Source: an uncultured Holophagales bacterium (GTDB taxonomy: Bacteria; Acidobacteriota; Thermoanaerobaculia; Multivoradales; UBA5704). Taken from it: a stretch of 64,000 nucleotides of DNA. Positions 59,348 through 64,000 of this stretch are shown here, one piece after another. Numbering within the stretch: position 1 is the first letter of the stretch; the number at the start of each line of letters is the position of its first letter. The notes beneath the pieces are model-generated. The model was not told the DNA's origin. It ran no database searches and worked only from the letters and a program-made list of their open reading frames with translations. A program made the translations under genes and the position numbers. The stretch covers positions 768,001 through 832,000 of the forward strand of contig CAWJGT010000003.1 of the NCBI GenBank assembly GCA_963842525.1. Direction: 5' to 3'.

Positions 59348-59905
59348 TCAGGGCGTCTGGCGCACCGCCCCTTCCATCGCCGCGAACGCCTTCTCGGCGA
59401 CCTGCCGGGCGGAGCCGAGGGGGTCCTTGCCGGACTGGATGGTGACGATGAGCTGGACCGCTCCTTTGGACACATGGAGCTGCTGGGCGGTTCCGCCCGC
59501 CCAGATCGCCTTGTCGCCGATCCCGGAGACGTCCTTCACGTCGTCCTGGGCTCGTGTCCGGAGGAACGACCGGTTCGATTCGATCCCGCGCCCGGCCGCC
59601 CGGGCCGAGGGGGAGGGGCGCACCAGGAGGCTCAAGAGCTTCGGGTGCTCCACCGTGCCCGCGTTGTAGGTGCACTCGAGCCGGCTGCGTCCCACCGCGT
59701 CGTCGAGCATGCTGCTCACACCGGCGATGGGCACGCCCGCGATGGCGCGGGCCTCCTGGGAGGTGAGCACTGCGCAGGCATCGAACTGCTCGGGGACCGT
59801 CAGGTCGGGCGTCCCTCCCGCATCGGAGCCGCAGGCGGCGAGGAGAGCACCCAGGAGCAACGGCAACAGGGGCAGGTGGATCTTGGGTCGGATCGCGGAT
59901 TTCAT
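59348..59905 (-). CDS. Lipoprotein (DUF3558-like)
   Basis: Lipobox LAAC, DACAVLT, CTY, VSGIGDKA. Confidence 0.7.
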   Translation of the reverse strand: MKSAIRPKIHLPLLPLLLGALLAACGSDAGGTPDLTVPEQFDACAVLTSQEARAIAGVPIAGVSSMLDDAVGRSRLECTYNAGTVEHPKLLSLLVRPSPSARAAGRGIESNRSFLRTRAQDDVKDVSGIGDKAIWAGGTAQQLHVSKGAVQLIVTIQSGKDPLGSARQVAEKAFAAMEGAVRQTP

Positions 59906-60010
59906 GGGCACGGGCCGATTCTATCCCTCGGAGAGGCTGAGGGGCTCTACCTTCCTTAGAGGGAGGAGGCCCGATCCGCGTTCCCGGGCAAATTGCGAGA
60001 GAATCCCCGC

Positions 60011-60746
60011 ATGAGCGAAGATCTCGATTCCCGTCTCTACTTCCGGCAGCTCCTGGCCGGCCGCCAAGTCGCCACCCGCCATCCGGTGGCCGGCCAGATG
60101 GCCAATTTCATGTACCTGCTCGGCGACCAGCAGAGCCGGGAGGCCTTCGTCGTGGACCCGGCGTGGGATGTCCGTAGCCTGCTCGACGTGGCGGAGGCGG
60201 ACGGCTACACGATACGCGGGGCCCTGGTCACGCACTATCACCCCGACCACGTGGGCGGCGACCTGTTCGGGCACTCCATCGAGGGGATCGCGCGGCTCCT
60301 GGAGCAGGCGGCGGTCCCGATCTACGTCAACAAGCACGAGGCCGAGGGTCTCAAGAAGGTCACCGGCGTCGCGGAGAGCGACCTGCGGCGCGTAGACGAC
60401 AGCGACCGGACCCGGATCGGAGAGATCGAGATCCAGTTCCTCCACACTCCTGGGCACACATCCGGGCAGCCAGTGCTTCCTCCTGGGCAACCGCCTCGTC
60501 GCGGGCGACACCCTTTTCGTCCAGGGTTGCGGCCGGGTCGATCTCCCGGGAGGTGACCCCGACGCGATGTATCACACCCTCACGGGCAAGCTCGCCAAGC
60601 TGCCGCCCGACACCGTGCTCTATCCAGGGCACAACTACGGCCCGACGCCCACCTCGACGATCGGCGACGAGCTGGCGCACAACCGCTATCTACGCATCCG
60701 CTCGCTCGATGACTGGCGCCGCCTGATGGGGCGGTCCGGCTTCTGA
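60011..60746 (+). CDS. MBL-fold metallo-hydrolase (glyoxalase II-like); frameshift near 60460
   Basis: VVDPAW, THYHPDHVGG, HTPGHT; second frame AGDTLFVQGCGR, YPGHNY. Confidence 0.88.
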
Positions 60747-60772
60747 CGCCCGAGGGGTGCGCCGTCACGGCG

Positions 60773-61174
60773 TCACCCCTTCCAGGCCTGCCACTGCAGG
60801 TGGGTGTCGGCCCGGTGCCGGAACCTGGTGACCCGGCCGGAGCCGCCGAAGTGCCAGATATGGATCTCGTCCTCTTCGGTGACGCGTGTGCCCGTCGCTG
60901 TCACCGTGGCCTCGACGTCGACGAGCGCCACGACCAGCCCGTCGCCTTCGAGGATCGCCTTGGGGGCGAATTTATGGAAGTCGAGAGCCCCCAGGCTGGC
61001 GAAGAACTCGGCGGCGCCGGCCTTCCCGTGCCGCGGCTGCAGCCAGGGCGGGCCATCCCAAGGTTGCGTTCCATATTCCCACTCGACCGACTCGTCCAGA
61101 CGGTCCAGGATGGCTGCGACGTCTCCGCGGCCGAACGCCGCGTACATCTCCTCGACGGTCTCCTTGTGTCCCAC
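60773..61174 (-). CDS. SnoaL/NTF2-like protein
   Basis: YAAFGRGD..VEW..HGK..FF..HIWHF..GRVTRFR. Confidence 0.8.
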   Translation of the reverse strand: MGHKETVEEMYAAFGRGDVAAILDRLDESVEWEYGTQPWDGPPWLQPRHGKAGAAEFFASLGALDFHKFAPKAILEGDGLVVALVDVEATVTATGTRVTEEDEIHIWHFGGSGRVTRFRHRADTHLQWQAWKG

Positions 61175-61248
61175 GGGCTCACCTCCTCGGTCTTTTGTTT
61201 CCAGAGTCTACGGAGCGGCCCTGGCAACCGGATGAGGGGAAATTTCGG

Positions 61249-62139
61249 CTACTCTCCCTCCGGCCAGGTGGCGGACGGACTCGAGACCCGATCGGTCCGT
61301 GCGTCGAGCCAGGCGAGAAGATCGCGGACCACCCGTGCCCGTTCGACCTCGTTGAGGATCTCGTGCAGGAAGCCCGGATAGACCTCCAGGCGCTTGTCCG
61401 CGCTGCCCAGCCGCTCGTAGACCCGGCGAGCGGTCTCGGGGTCGGCGATCGGGTCGTCGCTGCCGAGGAGGAAGAAGGCCGGCAGGCGGATCTCGCCGGC
61501 GCGCGCGAAGACCTCCCGCTGGGCGCGGCGGACCTCGAAGAACCAGCGCGGATTGAGGGTCTTGAAAACGAGCGGGTCCGCCTCGTAGGCGGCGACCACG
61601 GCGGGGTCGTGGCTCAGCCACCGTGCGGCGATCTCGCTCTTCCCGAGGTGCGTGGGCTTCAGGAAAGAGACGACGGCCGCCAGCCCGGCCTTGAGCGGCG
61701 GGACCTTGATCGCGGGTCGGAGAAAGGGGCTGCTGACGGCCAGCGCGGCGAAGGCGCTCGGGCGACGCAGGACATATTGGAGGGAGATCAGACCGCCGAG
61801 GCTGTGGCCCACGAGGATCCAGGGTGGGATCGTCCGGTCTGGCTCTTTGGGCCGGGCCTCGCTGATCCGCTCCAGGAAGAGGTCGAAGTCGTCGAGATAC
61901 TCACGGAAATGGCGGACGTAACCACGGACGCCCTCGGACCGGCCATGCCCGCGCAGGTCGAGCAAATGGCATTCGTAACCGGCAGCGTCCAAAGCCGCGA
62001 GGAGCTCGGCATACCGGCCCACGTGCTCCGCGTAGCCGTGCGCGATCGCCACCACGGCGCGGCAGCCCGGACGCAGGTGGTGCTGGACGGCCAGGGCCAG
62101 CCCGTCGGCGGTCCGGAGGGTCGACTCCAGCGGCGGCAT
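61249..62139 (-). CDS. Lysophospholipase (alpha/beta hydrolase)
   Basis: HGYAEH, DLRGHG, GHSLGG, DPIA, HEILNE. Confidence 0.9.
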   Translation of the reverse strand: MPPLESTLRTADGLALAVQHHLRPGCRAVVAIAHGYAEHVGRYAELLAALDAAGYECHLLDLRGHGRSEGVRGYVRHFREYLDDFDLFLERISEARPKEPDRTIPPWILVGHSLGGLISLQYVLRRPSAFAALAVSSPFLRPAIKVPPLKAGLAAVVSFLKPTHLGKSEIAARWLSHDPAVVAAYEADPLVFKTLNPRWFFEVRRAQREVFARAGEIRLPAFFLLGSDDPIADPETARRVYERLGSADKRLEVYPGFLHEILNEVERARVVRDLLAWLDARTDRVSSPSATWPEGE

Positions 62140-62190
62140 GGTGAGGAGTACTGTATGGGAACGGGATCCGGAGAGGAAGGAGGCCTGTAA

Positions 62191-63501
62191 TCATCCGTCC
62201 AGTAGCCACTCATAGGCGGGCTGCACCAAGATGCCGGGTGCCGTCCTCGGCAGCGCCTGATCGCGGGTAAGCACGAGCAGGCGCTGCGTTGCGTTCGGAT
62301 ATTCCACGGCGGCCTCCTGGAGCGCACGCAGCTCCCGGTCCATTGCGCCTTCGGTCCCCGGGTCAGCGCAAACCTGCACGAGCTCCTCGCCGCCGACGAG
62401 ATGGCGGGCATGGAAATCCACCTCGAAGCCGCCACCGGTCTTCACGTAACCCACCTCGGCTTTGCGCCGCTCCAACTCGATCAGCACGACGGTCTCCAGT
62501 GCGTGACCGAGGTTTGAGCGGCCGCTCGCGTCGAAGGCGCTGATCAAACCTGGGTCCACCGGATAGAGCTTGCGCGGATTTGAGTTGCGCCGCCGCTCCG
62601 AATCGGTGGCGAGAGGCACGGCGCTGAGCAGAAACGCATCCAGCAGGTGGCCGAGCATCGCGTGGACCGCGTCCTTGGCCACACCGTGGCCCTGGGCTTT
62701 GAGGTCCAGGTAGAGCCGGTGTACGCTGAAGGCGCCAGCCGGATTGCGCAGGCACTGGCGCACGAGCCAGCGTAGCGCCGTGACCTGCGAGATGCCGTAG
62801 CGCTCCACCACATCACGAAAGAGCACCGTGTCCACATAGCCCTGCAACAGCTCGATCCGCAGTCCCCGCGCGAGTTGCTGGGCTTCGGGAAAGCCGCCTT
62901 CAACCAGATACTCGCGGAACCGTTTCTCGACCAGAGACCGCTCCGCGCCGGTCCAGCGTGTTGCGTCCTGCTTAGGCTCTTCCCTGTGATGGCGCAGGAA
63001 CTCGCGGAAGCTGAAGGGCCGGATGGTGGTCTCCATCCCGCGCCCGCGTAGCGAGGTGTGGACCTCGCGGCTCAGCATCCGGGCCGAGGAGCCGGATACC
63101 ACGATCTCAACGCGCTCGGAATCCAGCACTCGACGCACGAAGCGCTCCCAGCCGCTCACGAGCTGAATTTCGTCGAGGAACCAGTGCACCGTCTCTCGCC
63201 CGCGCAGCTCCGGGTAACGGCGATAGTGCTCCTCCAGCAGCAGGTCGAGCTGATCCAGCCCGAGATCGGCGAGCCGGTCGTCATCGAAGCTGACGAACAC
63301 CCCGCGCTCCGGAGCAAGAGTCTGCTGCTGTTCGGCCTGCAACTGGCGCAAGAACGTGGTCTTGCCCGCCCGGCGCATGCCGGTGACCGCATGCACCTTG
63401 CCCGGCACCGCCGGCAGCCGGGCATCGCGCCGGGTGAGCGGCGTGGGCGGCGCCGCGAGCGTGGCGTTGAGTTTCTCGAGCAACACCGGATGGAGGGACA
63501 T
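62191..63501 (-). CDS. AAA_14 + DUF4143 ATP-binding protein
   Basis: GMRRAGKT, FLDEIQ, SGSS, GGFPE, KLYPVDPG, EVDF. Confidence 0.9.
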   Translation of the reverse strand: MSLHPVLLEKLNATLAAPPTPLTRRDARLPAVPGKVHAVTGMRRAGKTTFLRQLQAEQQQTLAPERGVFVSFDDDRLADLGLDQLDLLLEEHYRRYPELRGRETVHWFLDEIQLVSGWERFVRRVLDSERVEIVVSGSSARMLSREVHTSLRGRGMETTIRPFSFREFLRHHREEPKQDATRWTGAERSLVEKRFREYLVEGGFPEAQQLARGLRIELLQGYVDTVLFRDVVERYGISQVTALRWLVRQCLRNPAGAFSVHRLYLDLKAQGHGVAKDAVHAMLGHLLDAFLLSAVPLATDSERRRNSNPRKLYPVDPGLISAFDASGRSNLGHALETVVLIELERRKAEVGYVKTGGGFEVDFHARHLVGGEELVQVCADPGTEGAMDRELRALQEAAVEYPNATQRLLVLTRDQALPRTAPGILVQPAYEWLLDG

Positions 63502-63653
63502 GACAGTGGAAGGATCGGAGACAAGGTGTCCTTCTGTCAAGGACACATCGCGTTCGAACCCGGCTCTGGTAGAAGGACAGCTTGGCCTGCTGCCGGACCT
63601 GAGCTCTCGAAGCGGTAAGCAATGCTCTGTCGCCGCCTGCCTGGCCCTGGCTA

Positions 63654-64000
63654 CCCGAGACGCTGGCCCAGCGTCGGCTCCGCAAACCCAGCGTGAGCTC
63701 ACGCTGGCGCAGTGTCCCGGGACGCTGGCTCAGCGTACGCTCCGCAAACCCAGCGTGAGCTCACGCTGGCGCAACGTCCCGAGACGCTGGCCCAGCGTAC
63801 GCTCCGCAAACCCAGCGTGAGCTCACGCTGGCGCAGCGTCCCGAGACGCTGGCTCAGCGTACGCTCCGCAAACCCAGCGTGAGCTCACGCTGGCGCAGCG
63901 TCCCGAGACGCTGGCCCAGCGCACGCTCCGCAAACCCAGCGTGAGCTCACGCTGGCGCAGAGTCCCGGGACGCTGGCCCAGCGTACGCTCCGCAAACCCA
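63654..64000. repeat. Second tandem array of the 62-bp unit (at least 5.5 copies; runs off the window)
   Basis: CCAGCGTGAGCTCACGCTGG at 63688, 63750, 63812, 63874, 63936; same unit and orientation as 8096-8684. Confidence 0.97.

Overview
GC-rich (roughly 70% by eye) bacterial chromosome segment, most consistent with Acidobacteriota (Thermoanaerobaculia-like) because of the PadR + ADOP permease pair, a FecR/DUF6600 protein and a secreted TPR-CHAT/ECF-sigma cluster; the taxonomy is an inference. Many genes are split by single-base indels, which looks like long-read error. The housekeeping backbone includes fadE-like acyl-CoA dehydrogenase, etfBA, fused lysC-lysA, cobB, murJ, rluD, lspA, thiE, def, cysS, yraN and tRNA-Gly/tRNA-Cys. 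Accessory DNA is interspersed with it: about 10 toxin-antitoxin-like modules (often antitoxin only); a collapsed type I-E CRISPR-Cas relic bracketed by an 84-bp duplication of the lysA 3' end; an orphan 37-bp-repeat CRISPR array invaded by REP-like elements; two copies of a 62-bp palindromic tandem array; a 21-bp-period array; and a palindromic element family that inserts in frame into proteins, including a kinase activation loop. The best candidate for a new system is a signal-peptide TPR-CHAT protease flanked on both sides by two small paralogous proteins sharing a C-terminal AGSWTA(L/I)EGG motif, followed by an ECF sigma factor and a zf-HC2 anti-sigma. All family assignments come from motif recognition, not database searches.
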